Source: Methanobacteriota archaeon (lineage in GTDB: Archaea > Thermoplasmatota > Poseidoniia > Poseidoniales > Poseidoniaceae). From it: DNA of 64,000 bases. The notes beneath the pieces were generated by a model. It searched no databases. It had not been told where the DNA came from and worked only from the letters and a program-made list of their open reading frames with translations. The position numbers and the translations under genes are program-made. The number at the start of each line of letters is the position of its first letter. Positions within the stretch are counted from its first letter, which is position 1. Positions 1-11,492 of this stretch are shown here, piece after piece. The DNA is taken from contig JAYQHX010000002.1 in assembly GCA_038141355.1 (NCBI GenBank), positions 933,900 through 997,899 of the forward strand. The letters are read 5' to 3'.

Positions 1-1138
1 AGCCAACCTCCTTCTGATGGGCGGACATATTGGAAAACCCGGTGCGGGTCTTTGCCCAGTTAGAGGCCATTCAAATGTTCAAGGAGATAGGACTGTTGGA
101 ATATGGGAAAGGCCATCGGAATCATTTCTTAAAAAACTGGATGAAGGTTGTAGAATAACTAGCCCACGAGACCATGGGTATGACGTTGTCAATGCTATCA
201 AAGCGATGAACGATGAACAAGTTGATCTATTCTTTTGTCTAGGTGGAAATTTCATTTCTGCTACCCCTGACACTGAAATTACAGCTAGTGGTTTGTCAAA
301 AGTAGACTTAACAGTACAAGTTTCAACTAAATTAAACAGGTCACATCTAGTTACTGGGAGGCACGCATTGATTCTTCCATGCTTGGGGCGAACTGAACTA
401 GATGTCCAAGACAACGGTCAACAATTCGTGACTGTAGAGAACTCAATGGGCATTGTCCACACTTCGATCGGCAATCTCAATCCTGCAAGTCCAGACCTGA
501 GAAGTGAACCATGGATTGTTGCTAAACTCGCAAGTACAATTCTTGGAGATGAAAGAAATTGGATGGAATTGGTAAGCAATTATGATTTGATTAGAGATTT
601 GATGAGTGTATCACTCAACGGATTTGAAGATTATAACTCACGGGTTAGAGAACCTAATGGGTTTGCACTACCCAATCCACCAAGAGATTCAAGGTCGTTC
701 AACACAGCCGATTCTAAAGCCCATTTTATCTCACACCCTCTTCCTGATGTCAATATTCCCGCAAATAAATTTGTCATGATGACAATTCGGTCGCATGACC
801 AATATAATACAACAATTTATGGCCTATCGGATAGGTACAGAGGTATCAAAGGAAACAGGAGAGTTATTCTAATGAACGCTACGGATATGGCAAACAGAGG
901 TTGGAAGACTAGACATATCGTCGATGTTATCTCTCATTCAGAGTCTGGTGAAAGAAGAAGTGATGGTTGGCGCCTGATACCTTATGACATACCTCAGGGC
1001 AATATCGCATCATACTTCCCAGAAGCAAATGTTTTGGTTCCATTGGAATCCACAGCAAATAAATCAAATACCCCCACATCAAAATGGATAATTTGTAGCC
1101 TAGTTGAACCTGGTGCAAATTTGATGGAGGAGGAATAG
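1..1138 (+). CDS. FdhF/YdeP family molybdopterin oxidoreductase, C-terminal part (5' end outside the window)
   Basis: Motifs CPVRGHSNVQGDRTVGI, LGGNF, STKLNRSHL and TIRSHDQYNTTIYG, typical of YdeP/FdhF-like proteins. Confidence 0.9.
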   Translation, partial: ANLLLMGGHIGKPGAGLCPVRGHSNVQGDRTVGIWERPSESFLKKLDEGCRITSPRDHGYDVVNAIKAMNDEQVDLFFCLGGNFISATPDTEITASGLSKVDLTVQVSTKLNRSHLVTGRHALILPCLGRTELDVQDNGQQFVTVENSMGIVHTSIGNLNPASPDLRSEPWIVAKLASTILGDERNWMELVSNYDLIRDLMSVSLNGFEDYNSRVREPNGFALPNPPRDSRSFNTADSKAHFISHPLPDVNIPANKFVMMTIRSHDQYNTTIYGLSDRYRGIKGNRRVILMNATDMANRGWKTRHIVDVISHSESGERRSDGWRLIPYDIPQGNIASYFPEANVLVPLESTANKSNTPTSKWIICSLVEPGANLMEEE

Positions 1139-1139
1139 A

Positions 1140-2392
1140 TTGTCCGAAGTAGGATATATTGAATTACTGAAATCCAATAAAAAATTCAGAACATTCTGGA
1201 TTGCTGCGGTAGTTTCAATGCTAGGTGAGTGGTTCAATACCATTGCTTTATTTACTTTAATTCTTATTTACGCAGGAACAAATTCAGAAGAGTTAATCGG
1301 TATATTGTTAACAATTCGAATGATAGGTTTTGCAATTTTACAGCCAATTACTGGTTTGCTAGCAGATAGGTGGTCTAGAAAATGGATAATGGTTATTACA
1401 AATTTCTTGCAAATTGGCTTGGCATTATGTTTCCTACTCGTAGATGGAAGTGAAGACATTTGGTGGCTGATAATGTTATCAGGAGTAATGATGATTCTTC
1501 ATGGCGCATACATGACGTCAGAAAGGGCTGCGATACCCAATATCGTAAGCGAAAGAGAATTGGCGACTGCCAATGCTTTAGATGCTGCAACGTGGTCAAC
1601 AGCTTTGGCTTTCGGAGCAGCTTTAGGTGGAGTCATAGTGTCCAATTATGGAACTGATGCCGCTTTTATCATCGATGCTGTAACATTCCTTCTTGGGGCA
1701 TTAATTCTACTTCCATTACATGTTCCCCAAACAGTTAGTGAAGAGATGAAAGGGCCTTTATTCAAAACTGCTTTTTCTAATATGAAGGCTGGAGCAATGC
1801 GCGTTTACAGAGAAGCCCGATTACGAAGGATTGTACTTGCCAAAACAACATGGAATCTAGCGGGAGGGGGCTTGCAGGTGTATTCTTAGTTATTGCAGGA
1901 TCTAGGATGACTCCAGGAGAATTAGCGGCAGGAATTGGTATCTTCTTCATGGCTAGGGGCATTGGTACTGGAATTGGACCAATTATAGCTAGAAAATATC
2001 TGACAAATACGGCACGATGGCCAGCATATATCGGTATATTAGTTTCGATTTCCGGGTTCTTCTATCTTCTAGTGGGTCTGACCCTTTACCAAAATCTGAT
2101 ATTGACGATTTTATTGGTTATTACAGCACATGCAGCCAGTGGTGCAAACTGGGTATTATCGACCATTCTTACGCAACAATGGGTAGAGGATGAAAAACGG
2201 GGACGTGTTTTCAGCATTGATATGCTTTTGATGTCTGTATCATTTAGCATGAGCACATATACAGCAGGATGGTTGTTATCCAATACGAAATTATCTATCA
2301 ATCACGGAATGATATATTTCTCAATTGCAATGATGCTGTTTGGAATTATCTTCACGCTCTGGAGGCCTGAAAATCACAAACATGCTTCGTGA
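1140..2392 (+). CDS. MFS transporter (one frameshift near 1862-1870)
   Basis: Motif A GLLADRWSRK and about 12 TM helices over ORFs 1140-1889 and 1850-2392; the frames join at a G-run (GGGAGGGGG). Confidence 0.85.
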
Positions 2393-4251
2393 GTACAAAC
2401 AGGAGGTGTCCAGTACAATTTGTCACTTGGATTAAACGAATCCAATTGCAAAGTACTTCCTTCACCATCTATGATTGTTACTATAGACGATGTCGACGCT
2501 GGAAGATAATCTTCACCAGTAGAAAGTAATGTCAAACGTATTGTGTGGCCTGCAGGGATTTCTGCATCAAGTGGCATAAATTCCATTTTAGCAGTAATCG
2601 TGTCAAATATGGGATTCCATGTTGACGATAAATCATCTCCTCCTTCATAATATCGTAAATCCATAATCGCATGGCCAACGTGAATACAATTACCTTCCCC
2701 ACATTCCTCTAGAAGTGCGTATAATTGCCCGCCGACCGTTGTAGTACTAACCTCAACGTGTAATCTTGGTGTTCCTTGGATATACATCGTCTCTGACAAT
2801 GGTTCGGATTCGTAGGTTGGTCCCGTAGAAGCATCAGGAAGGACTGTAGGGCCTCCGTTTCTTAGCAAGTCACTTCCCAACTCGAATCTGATTTCTTCAA
2901 CATCATCAGCTGGGTATCTGTCTTCAATTCTCCATTCGCCTAAATTGGATTGTATTTCAATATGCAACAGAGGTTTCTGTCCAATTCCTTTCAGATAATA
3001 ATCGAACCATTCCAGCAAATCTTGCATCCAGTCGAATCGAATCATTGCGGGGAATGCTTCTCCACCCCTTCCACCTAAATCTGAACGGTCCCTCAATTGG
3101 ATAGGCCTATCTGGATAGTCATGGTCCCACTGGCCAAACAGCCCTTTTGCTTCTATTCCTTTATCCTTTAATTTGTTTATAGTTGGAACTGCCATATGTG
3201 GGTCTACGTTCCAGTCATGCATGCCTTGAATCAAATACACCGATCCTTGATAATTGTCTAATACGCGGTCGAGGAAGTATCTCTCAGCCCAATAATCACC
3301 TGCGACCTCGCTTCCAAACATCCATGCCCCAACACCAGTTCCTGGGCCAATTATGTAATCTGGACAAGCATTTCCGTAATCTTCCTCGTCACCATCAAAG
3401 CCATATGAACCATAAACGCCATTGTGCATTATAGGAGCTCTTGCCTCTGAAGAACCATTTCGCCACATCAGTTCTTTTACACCAATGAGGCCAGAAATTG
3501 GAACTATTGTCTTTAGGTGTTCATTTCCAAACATCGCTGCCTGCCAAGGAGTTGAACCGTCGTAGGATTTCCCAATCATTGCTACATTTCCGTTAGACCA
3601 TTCTTGAGATCCCAGCCAAGAGACAGCAGCATCATTTCCTAGTTGCTCTGCAGTACCCATCAAATCCATGCAATGGTTAGAACGACCAGTCCCGGTCACT
3701 GAAACTTGAGCAAATGCATAACCATGTGGCAATAATTGGTCAATTATCATTTGACCTAACCAACTTCCAGGTACTTCAATAGTAGGAGTTTGTACACTTG
3801 GTTCTTGGAAGTAAGGGCCAAATTCTGCTATTACTGGTACTTGCACGCCTTCTGGTACGTTAGGCCTCCAATATGCTAGCGAGATAATACCATTAGGTGC
3901 CGCTCCACCTTCTTCTAATGGTAATTCATACTCAACGAAAACATGTGTTGAATTCCATTCATTCGACGTTTCTAGAATTTCGTAGTCACCAAACTCCATA
4001 ACAAATCCATGGTCTTTATCCGTGATGTAATCTAGATTCCCTCTTTCCCATACTGGCACTCTTACACTGGAGTTATTGTTACCGGAAGTCATTGACTTAT
4101 CTATGACATCTCCGAACATTATTGCTAGTAGAAGGAAAACTATTGCAACCGCAAACGTAGCGGCTGCAACACTGTTGAGAATCGCTTTATCCCGATTGGG
4201 ATTTGCCAATTCAGCAACATATATTTCCTCGTCCATGGTATCGCCAGACAA
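2374..4251 (-). CDS. CocE/NonD family serine hydrolase (X-Pro dipeptidyl-peptidase S15-like), membrane anchored
   Basis: Nucleophile motif GKSYDG, GTGRS, QGMHDWNV, GQWDH; N-terminal TM helix. Confidence 0.85.
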   Translation of the reverse strand: MSGDTMDEEIYVAELANPNRDKAILNSVAAATFAVAIVFLLLAIMFGDVIDKSMTSGNNNSSVRVPVWERGNLDYITDKDHGFVMEFGDYEILETSNEWNSTHVFVEYELPLEEGGAAPNGIISLAYWRPNVPEGVQVPVIAEFGPYFQEPSVQTPTIEVPGSWLGQMIIDQLLPHGYAFAQVSVTGTGRSNHCMDLMGTAEQLGNDAAVSWLGSQEWSNGNVAMIGKSYDGSTPWQAAMFGNEHLKTIVPISGLIGVKELMWRNGSSEARAPIMHNGVYGSYGFDGDEEDYGNACPDYIIGPGTGVGAWMFGSEVAGDYWAERYFLDRVLDNYQGSVYLIQGMHDWNVDPHMAVPTINKLKDKGIEAKGLFGQWDHDYPDRPIQLRDRSDLGGRGGEAFPAMIRFDWMQDLLEWFDYYLKGIGQKPLLHIEIQSNLGEWRIEDRYPADDVEEIRFELGSDLLRNGGPTVLPDASTGPTYESEPLSETMYIQGTPRLHVEVSTTTVGGQLYALLEECGEGNCIHVGHAIMDLRYYEGGDDLSSTWNPIFDTITAKMEFMPLDAEIPAGHTIRLTLLSTGEDYLPASTSSIVTIIDGEGSTLQLDSFNPSDKLYWTPPVCTHEACL

Positions 4252-4315
4252 TTATCGGAAATAGAATTGGCGATTGCTAACAAGATTCAATAAACTGGGT
4301 TTATGTCGCTTGAAC

Positions 4316-6341
4316 ATGCCCTCTGACGTCGAAATGATGCGGCTTCATGTTGCAGAAGGCATCCCTGATAAATTACCAATTCATCCAGGTATTTCCAACG
4401 AGGTGGATAATGCTCCTAATCGACGTCAAATATTATCTGAAGAAGAAAAAAAAATTAGCAATAAAAAACGCTCTAAGATATTTCAAAACAGAGCACCATG
4501 AACTACTCGGAAAAGAATTCTTACAAGAACTCAATGATTATGGCCGCATATGGATGATGAGATTCAGACCTACAGAGTACCCGATTCGGGCATATGGTAT
4601 CGAAGATTATCCTGCTAAATCAAAACAAGCAGCCGGAATAATGCTGATGATACACAATAATTTAGACCCAGAAGTTGCACAATTTCCTCATCAATTGATA
4701 ACCTACGGAGGAAATGGAGCCGTTTTTCAAAACTGGGCACAGTATAGGCTAACCATGAAATATTTGTCTGAAATGTCGAATGAACAAACACTTGTAATGT
4801 ATAGCGGCCACCCGATGGGACTATTCCCTTCCCATCCTAATTCTCCGAGAGTAATCGTGACCAATGGAATGGTGATACCAAACTATTCTAGTCAAGATGA
4901 TTACGATCGTATGAATGCATTGGGTGTAAGCCAATTTGGGCAGATGACTGCGGGCTCTTACATGTACATCGGCCCTCAGGGTATCGTACACGGCACTACA
5001 ATTACTATCCTCAATGCAGCTCGCATGCACGTTGGATCCACAAATTCTCTTTCTGGTGTGACATTCGTGACCTCAGGTCTTGGTGGTATGAGTGGTGCTC
5101 AAGCAAAAGCAGCAGTCATCGCAGGTGCTTCTAGTATAGTAAGCGAAATCAATCCTCATGCGGTTCATAAGCGACATTCTCAAGGTTGGTTATCTGTAAT
5201 AGCTGATTCCACTGACCATGCAATAGACTTGATGATAGAAAATCGGGATAATGGAAATGCGATATCTATTGGACATGTAGGCAACATTGTAGATTTATTA
5301 GAAAGGATGGTAGAGAGAAAGGTCAATGTTGACTTGTTATCTGACCAGACTAGCCTACATAATCCATGGCAGGGGGTATTATCCAGTCACAATTGATTTT
5401 GACACTGGAAAGGAAATGCTTGCTAACAATCCTGAACAATTCAAAATTGAGGTTCAAAAAACACTTAGAAGGCACGCAGATGCCGTTAATTCTCTCGTAG
5501 AGAGAGGAACTTACTTTTGGGATTATGGTAATGCATTCCTGTTAGAAGCATCTAGGGCTGGGGCAGACGTTATGAACGAAACGAACGATGGTTTTCGATA
5601 TCCAAGTTATGTTGAAGACATAATGGGCCCGATGTGTTTTGATTATGGATTTGGGCCATTTAGGTGGGTTTGTACGTCTGGTAATCCAGATGACCTCTCG
5701 GCAACCGATAGGATTGCAACTGAAATTCTAAGTGAACTATCAAAAAATTCCCCTATTGAAATTCAACAACAAATGGATGATAACATCCGCTGGATAAAGC
5801 AGGCAGAAGAAAATGGCATGGTAGTCGGAAGTCAGGCTAGAATTTTGTATGCTGATGCAATCGGTAGGGTTTCAATCGCTAAGGCGTTTAATGATGCGAT
5901 AAAGTCAGGAGATATATCTGCTCCAATTGTATTAGGTAGAGATCATCACGATGTATCTGGGACTGATTCTCCATTTAGAGAGACTGCTAATATCAAAGAT
6001 GGTTCCATGTTTACCGCAGATATGGCTGTGCAGAACTTTGTCGGAGATTCGTTCAGAGGTGCAACCTGGGTCAGCCTTCATAATGGCGGCGGCGTAGGAT
6101 GGGAGAAGTGATAAACGGAGGATTTGGTTTATTGATTGATGGTACCGAGCAAAGCGAAATCAATCTTACATCAATGCTTGATTGGGACGTTAATAATGGA
6201 ATTTCACGAAGAGCATGGGCGAGAAACGAAGGAGCGATTTTTGCGATAAAACGAGCTATGCAAAACAATACCAAATTGAAAGTGACTATTCCCGAAATCG
6301 CAGATGACAAATTGATTAACAGTATTTTTGAGGAGGATTGA
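4316..6341 (+). CDS. hutU: Urocanate hydratase, long form (3 frameshifts near 4470, 5375 and 6105)
   Basis: NNLDPEVAQFP, TYGGNG, GQMTAGSYMYIGPQGIVHGT, GLGGMSGAQ, GRDHHDVSGTDSP and HNGGGVGW, spread over 4 overlapping ORFs. Confidence 0.95.
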
Positions 6342-6344
6342 AAA

Positions 6345-7886
6345 ATGTCGGCGATTAAACTAGATGGCAATACTCTATCAACTTCTGAAATATCCCTAAT
6401 TTCTAATGGTGCAAAAGTCGCAATAGCAACCGATTCAGTAATCAAAATCGATGCAGCAAGGAGTGTAGTAGAGAAAATATTAGAAAGCGGTGAGACGGTT
6501 TATGGCATAAATACTGGATTTGGTTCGCTGGTGTCAGAATCAATATCATCCGAAGATTTAGCGACATTACAACTGAATTTAATCAGGTCACACGCTTGTG
6601 CCGTAGGAGCACCTATGTCTATTCCAGAAACAAGGGCGATGATGTGCGTAAGAGCCAATTCCTTAATTAAAGGAAATTCTGGTATAAACAGAATAGTAAT
6701 TGAACAAATTATTTCTTATTTGAACAATGATATTATCCCTGTAGTGCCTAGAATCGGGTCACTGGGTGCATCAGGAGATTTAGCACCACTATCTCATATG
6801 GCGCTATCACTAGTAGGGGAAGGTCTGGTTTGGTCGGGTAATAATCACGTTCCTACTAATGAAATGTTGAAAGAAAAAGGCTTGATATCAGTAGAACTTG
6901 GTGCAAAAGACGGCCTATCACTAATCAATGGTACAAGTCAAATGTGTTCATTCATGTCTTTGGCTGAAGTTGCCTTGAGTAGTATACTTCCAATGGCTGA
7001 TTTAATTGCCAGTGCATCGATAGATGCAAGAGAATGTTCTATCGCACCAATGGATTCGAGAGTGCACGATGTAAGGGCGCATGATGGACAGAGCATAGTG
7101 GCCAAAAGAATACGAAACATACTAAATGGATCAGAAATTCTTCAAGGGCACAAAAATTGCGATAAGGTTCAAGATGCATATTCATTTAGATGTATACCTC
7201 AAGTTCATGGTGCGGTTTATGAAAAATTCAAAGTTCTTCAAAACTGCATTGGTATAGAAATTAATAGCGCGACTGATAATCCTTTAGTATTCCCAGATTC
7301 AAATTTACCTCTCAAGAGCCAGGTAATTAGCCAAGGCAATTTCCATGGAGAAATCCTAGGGCTGACATCTGATAATTTATCTCATGCGCTATTTGAATTA
7401 GGCTCAATATGTGAACGTAGAATAGACCAGATGGTTGACCCAGTTAGAAGCGGACTTCCACCATACTTAGCAAAAAATTCTGGATTAGAATCGGGTATGA
7501 TGATTGTACATTATACGGCTGCTGCACTATTAGCAGAATTACACGGTCATGCAATGCCTAAATCAGCCTTTTCAACAACTACTTCTGGGGGACAGGAAGA
7601 TTATGTTTCAATGGGGTCAATAGCAGCATGGAACCTCCTAGAATCTACAAAGAAATTATCAAAACTTCTAGCATGTGAGTTGATTATCGCGTGTGAGGCA
7701 TTAGAATATGCCGATAGTAAATCCTCGACTTACATTGAATTGCTCAAGAAATTAGTGAGAAAGGTCTGTCCAGCATTAACACAGGATAGAAGCACATCAT
7801 CTGAAATCGAACAGGTCGCATCAGAAATCTACAACGGAGGATGGTTGGCAAGGATAGATGCAGAATGTGGATTTTTGCCTAGATGA
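6345..7886 (+). CDS. hutH: Histidine ammonia-lyase
   Basis: VYGINTGFG, MIO motif GASGDLAPL, QDAYSFRC, SATDNP, GNFHG; adjacent to hutU. Confidence 0.95.
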   Translation: MSAIKLDGNTLSTSEISLISNGAKVAIATDSVIKIDAARSVVEKILESGETVYGINTGFGSLVSESISSEDLATLQLNLIRSHACAVGAPMSIPETRAMMCVRANSLIKGNSGINRIVIEQIISYLNNDIIPVVPRIGSLGASGDLAPLSHMALSLVGEGLVWSGNNHVPTNEMLKEKGLISVELGAKDGLSLINGTSQMCSFMSLAEVALSSILPMADLIASASIDARECSIAPMDSRVHDVRAHDGQSIVAKRIRNILNGSEILQGHKNCDKVQDAYSFRCIPQVHGAVYEKFKVLQNCIGIEINSATDNPLVFPDSNLPLKSQVISQGNFHGEILGLTSDNLSHALFELGSICERRIDQMVDPVRSGLPPYLAKNSGLESGMMIVHYTAAALLAELHGHAMPKSAFSTTTSGGQEDYVSMGSIAAWNLLESTKKLSKLLACELIIACEALEYADSKSSTYIELLKKLVRKVCPALTQDRSTSSEIEQVASEIYNGGWLARIDAECGFLPR

Positions 7887-8751
7887 GTTCATCGATTTTC
7901 GCTTCAACTTCATCGAAGCCAGTAAGTTGCCTAACTCGGAACCTTAGTTTTATGACATCCGATTTCCAACCATTTTCATCAAGAATATCAATTCTTTTAT
8001 CTAACTCAATCGCTCTGCGTACTTTCATTTCAACGGTCTTATACAATTCATATGATTTTTCATCATCTGACATATACAATGCAGGATCTAATTCAGAAAC
8101 GTCTAAATCCATTCTCCGCCATTGAAGCATTCGCTTCCGTAGAATTTCTTTGCTGAATCCTTCTTTAGAAATAGGTGTAAGATAAGACAATGAAGTGATT
8201 CTTCCTTCTTCCACAATTGCTTTTTCTACAGGTTCCGATTCTTCGATTATGCCAATTACTTCTTGGTCGACTTTTATCGAATTATCGATTTTTAATTCCT
8301 TGACACTGCTCGCCCATCGACTTCGATCTACGTCATTTAAAATGGCGATTGCTAATGATAATAAAATTGTAGATTTCCTCTCAATTATATAATCGCTTAA
8401 ATCGAGTATCATAGAATATACACTTGAAAAACCATGAATTGAGATCAACCATTCTATACCTTCAATAATGAAAACTGAATTTTCTTCAGAGCAAGTAGAA
8501 ACTACTTTCGCTGTAATATCTGCTAAATCAGGCTTTATTGAACCGGATACTGTTTTTTTTGTTAGCCAGAATGATTGCACTTTTTGGATGTCGAAATATT
8601 CTACAAGGCGCCTATGTGGCAATCGCGAAATAAAACTAATTTTAACATCATCTTTTGCAGATAATGTGTCGATATAGGTCAATAAATCTCTTTGAGAAAC
8701 GATATCTAGAGAATACAAATTTCCGAAATCAAAGTCTAGCACCGATAACAC
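7879..8751 (-). CDS. DUF835-like domain protein with coiled-coil C-terminus
   Basis: Pattern ISR..P..FWLT..IKP..FIIEGIEWLI..HGF..LSDY, resembling archaeal DUF835. Confidence 0.6.
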   Translation of the reverse strand: MLSVLDFDFGNLYSLDIVSQRDLLTYIDTLSAKDDVKISFISRLPHRRLVEYFDIQKVQSFWLTKKTVSGSIKPDLADITAKVVSTCSEENSVFIIEGIEWLISIHGFSSVYSMILDLSDYIIERKSTILLSLAIAILNDVDRSRWASSVKELKIDNSIKVDQEVIGIIEESEPVEKAIVEEGRITSLSYLTPISKEGFSKEILRKRMLQWRRMDLDVSELDPALYMSDDEKSYELYKTVEMKVRRAIELDKRIDILDENGWKSDVIKLRFRVRQLTGFDEVEAKIDELI

Positions 8752-8827
8752 CTATCTATCCCGATATCTATGTCCATGCACTTCTAGTCCATGAATAATT
8801 ATATCCATTGAGGAACTCGCGCAACTA

Positions 8828-10792
8828 GTGACAGTCATGAGCGATGATGCAATTGAAGATATACCAATGGCAGAATGTGGGGCATGTGAGTCGATTATTC
8901 CGCTTGATAGTAGTTCATGTTCGAACTGCGGTGCTGTGTTCGGGGAAGTTTCAGATACGGCACTGGGAGAGTGTGGAGCGTGTGGCACGCTTCAATCAGT
9001 AAATGCTGAACAATGTGTTTCCTGCGGCGTATCATTCGTAGGATCAGAAGATGAAGCCCCATCTCCTACTCAAACTGATGAAGTAGAAACAGTAGACGAT
9101 AATGGTGCAACTGATATAGAATCAACAGACGAATCTGTCCCTGAAGAAACAGAAACTGCTCCTGAAAAAGAATCCGAGTTGGAAGAAGCAGAAGCCGTAC
9201 CAATAGGCCTAGAGACAGTTGATGAAGTAGTAGTATCGACTCCAGAAGAAACAGATGTAGAATCTTTGTTAGATGATATGTCGGAAGAAGAAACTGATGA
9301 AATTCAAGAAGAATCTAATGAATTAGAAGAAGAAACTGAGGATGTTGCTGATATTGAAGATGATACTGCAACCACAATAATATCAGCAACTACAATCGTT
9401 GAAGAAGTTGAAGAAGAAGAACCTTCATCTGCTGATGATGTTGATGATAGTGAAGATAATCTAGAACAAGAATCCGAAGATGATGTTGGTCAAGACAGTG
9501 AAGCTGATGACACAGAAGAGGAAGGATTGGATGATGAAGATGAATCAGATGATGAACAGGAGTCAGATATCGACGAGGAGGAATCTGATGAAGAAGAACA
9601 GGTGTCTGATGAAGTAATTCCTGCTCATGGAATTACAGACCAAGAAGTCATTTCCGCCTTTGAAAATCTTGCTCTAGCCATCGCTTCAGCCGGCATGACT
9701 GCAGCAGAAGCATTCGATGAAATTGACAGGAATGATGATGGCTTGATCGATGGACCAGAGTTGCAAAAGGGTATTGAAAGAATTGGTGGAGAAAATCTGA
9801 AACCAAGTTCAGTAAAGTCAATTATGAATTATTTAGACAGCGATGACGATAATCGAATCGACCCGCAAGAACTTCTTGGTGCCCTTGATGGATTAGGATT
9901 TGGAATCAAGGCTGGAAATTTACCGAAGAAAAAGAAGGTCAAAGAATTCCCAACTCCAGCTCAGAAGATAATTATGGGTAAGAAGGCAAACGACATCTAC
10001 TATCCAGTGTTATATTTCCTGTTTGCAACCTTCATTGGTCTGTGGGTAGTTAATGGCATGGGCTTGATAGTTGACGGTACCGGAGGAACAATTGTCTACG
10101 AAGGACACCAGGCTGAATGGGGTATGTCGAAAGAAGGTAATTGGGACTTGTGTCAAGCAGATATTGATGCGATTCCTGAACCCTGTTTCGGAACAGTGCG
10201 CGTTGGTGAAACATATCCCTGTGACCCATTAATTGACCCTAACAAATGTGCTAACTCACTTACAATTTTCAGCGGTGAAAATGGAGTATCTAGCATGCCT
10301 AAAGGATTCTATGGCGATGGAATATTCATGATCATACTTGGCGTTATTGGAATTATTGGAACTGCTTACCTCCACTTAGTGTATGCAAAGGTTTTGAGAG
10401 AGCGTGCTGAAGCTCTAAAAGGTCCGAAAACAGACGATGAAGAAACTACTAAATCGGAAGAAGAAGAAGAAGAAGATGATGACTTATCTGGAGATGATTC
10501 TGACGATGGAATAGAAGATGCACTTGAAGCGCCTAAAGACCTAGTGATTGAGGATGAAAAGGAATCAGTTGAAAGCGATGAATCAGATGAGCAAGTCGAG
10601 GATGATGATGATTCCGAAGAAGAGGAAGAAGATATAGACATTGGGTCATGGGTTGGATTGGATATCGATGGAGAAGAATTCTTTGGAGAGATAGTCGAAT
10701 TTGATGATGAGGAAGGAACAGTCACTATCGAGACCGAAGATGGTGAAGAAATTACTGGCTATCAAGATGAAATGTTCCTAGATGAAGAATGA
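8828..10792 (+). CDS. Very acidic membrane protein: double Zn ribbon, EF-hand pair, 2 TM helices, C-terminal small beta domain
   Basis: CGAC/CSNC/CGAC/CVSC; EF loops DRNDDGLIDGPE and DSDDDNRIDPQE; two hydrophobic helices; long D/E tracts. Confidence 0.8.
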   Translation: MTVMSDDAIEDIPMAECGACESIIPLDSSSCSNCGAVFGEVSDTALGECGACGTLQSVNAEQCVSCGVSFVGSEDEAPSPTQTDEVETVDDNGATDIESTDESVPEETETAPEKESELEEAEAVPIGLETVDEVVVSTPEETDVESLLDDMSEEETDEIQEESNELEEETEDVADIEDDTATTIISATTIVEEVEEEEPSSADDVDDSEDNLEQESEDDVGQDSEADDTEEEGLDDEDESDDEQESDIDEEESDEEEQVSDEVIPAHGITDQEVISAFENLALAIASAGMTAAEAFDEIDRNDDGLIDGPELQKGIERIGGENLKPSSVKSIMNYLDSDDDNRIDPQELLGALDGLGFGIKAGNLPKKKKVKEFPTPAQKIIMGKKANDIYYPVLYFLFATFIGLWVVNGMGLIVDGTGGTIVYEGHQAEWGMSKEGNWDLCQADIDAIPEPCFGTVRVGETYPCDPLIDPNKCANSLTIFSGENGVSSMPKGFYGDGIFMIILGVIGIIGTAYLHLVYAKVLRERAEALKGPKTDDEETTKSEEEEEEDDDLSGDDSDDGIEDALEAPKDLVIEDEKESVESDESDEQVEDDDDSEEEEEDIDIGSWVGLDIDGEEFFGEIVEFDDEEGTVTIETEDGEEITGYQDEMFLDEE

Positions 10793-10804
10793 TTTGTGAT
10801 GTAA

Positions 10805-11170
10805 ATGTCTGATGAATTAGACATTCTGATAGGCAAAGAATATTGCCCAGTGTGCGCATCAATATATCAAAAGAATACCCAAAGGTGTCCAGAATGCGGG
10901 ACATTTCATTCAGGAGTCCATTTGGAAGATAGAGAGCCACCTACTCCTGAAGAGCGAGTTTCATCTAGAGAAGTTGATCCTACTGATTATTCAATCAATC
11001 CCAATACCGCTATTGTTGATGAAGAATTTGATAGTGATGATTCAAGCGTTAAGAATTGGACTGGCGGTTCGACAGATTTTTCATTTGTCGATGAAGACCC
11101 TATTCCTTCTAAGGAAGTGAATCAAACCAATTTAGAAATAGATGAAGATGAAATTTTACATGAGGATTGA
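10805..11170 (+). CDS. Small acidic zinc-ribbon protein
   Basis: CPVC...CPECG, 12 nt downstream of the preceding gene. Confidence 0.7.
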   Translation: MSDELDILIGKEYCPVCASIYQKNTQRCPECGTFHSGVHLEDREPPTPEERVSSREVDPTDYSINPNTAIVDEEFDSDDSSVKNWTGGSTDFSFVDEDPIPSKEVNQTNLEIDEDEILHED

Positions 11171-11217
11171 TTTTTTATTAATCTTTTATCAATAAACATT
11201 TACCCAATATTCATTAG

Positions 11218-11290
11218 TGGGCTCGGCCAGAATTGAACTGGCGATCTTTGCCATGTCAAGGCAACGTCATAACCCCTAGACCACGAGCCC
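11218..11290 (-). tRNA. tRNA-Val(GAC), no intron, CCA not encoded
   Basis: Minus strand GGGCTCG...CGAGCCC-A acceptor stem, anticodon arm TTGCC-TTGACAT-GGCAA, T-loop GTTCAATT; 73 nt. Confidence 0.95.
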
Positions 11291-11339
11291 TGGGTATTTT
11301 TTCCAAACTAATGAGGTATATATCGAAATCGGTATGAAG

Positions 11340-11492
11340 CTATGATACAATCTTGGAAATCTTCCCTGTGCAATCGTTTTGTGAACAAAAACCTGCACAA
11401 CGTGTTCGTCCGTTACTCATGACGATTAATTTTCCATCTTTGATTGGCCCATATGTTTTACACTTCAAACAAAACCCACTAACATCAGCCAT
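11340..11492 (-). CDS. 50-aa zinc-ribbon protein (DUF5679-like); absent from the ORF track
   Basis: Hand translation MADVSGFCLKCKTYGPIKDGKLIVMSNGRTRCAGFCSQNDCTGKISKIVS*; CxxC...M.NGR...G.C pattern. Confidence 0.75.
   Translation of the reverse strand: MADVSGFCLKCKTYGPIKDGKLIVMSNGRTRCAGFCSQNDCTGKISKIVS

Noticed and set aside
4316..6341. Programmed frameshifting or pseudogenisation of hutU and other split genes
   Set aside because: Breaks are spread through unrelated conserved genes, often at homopolymers; sequencing error is more parsimonious.
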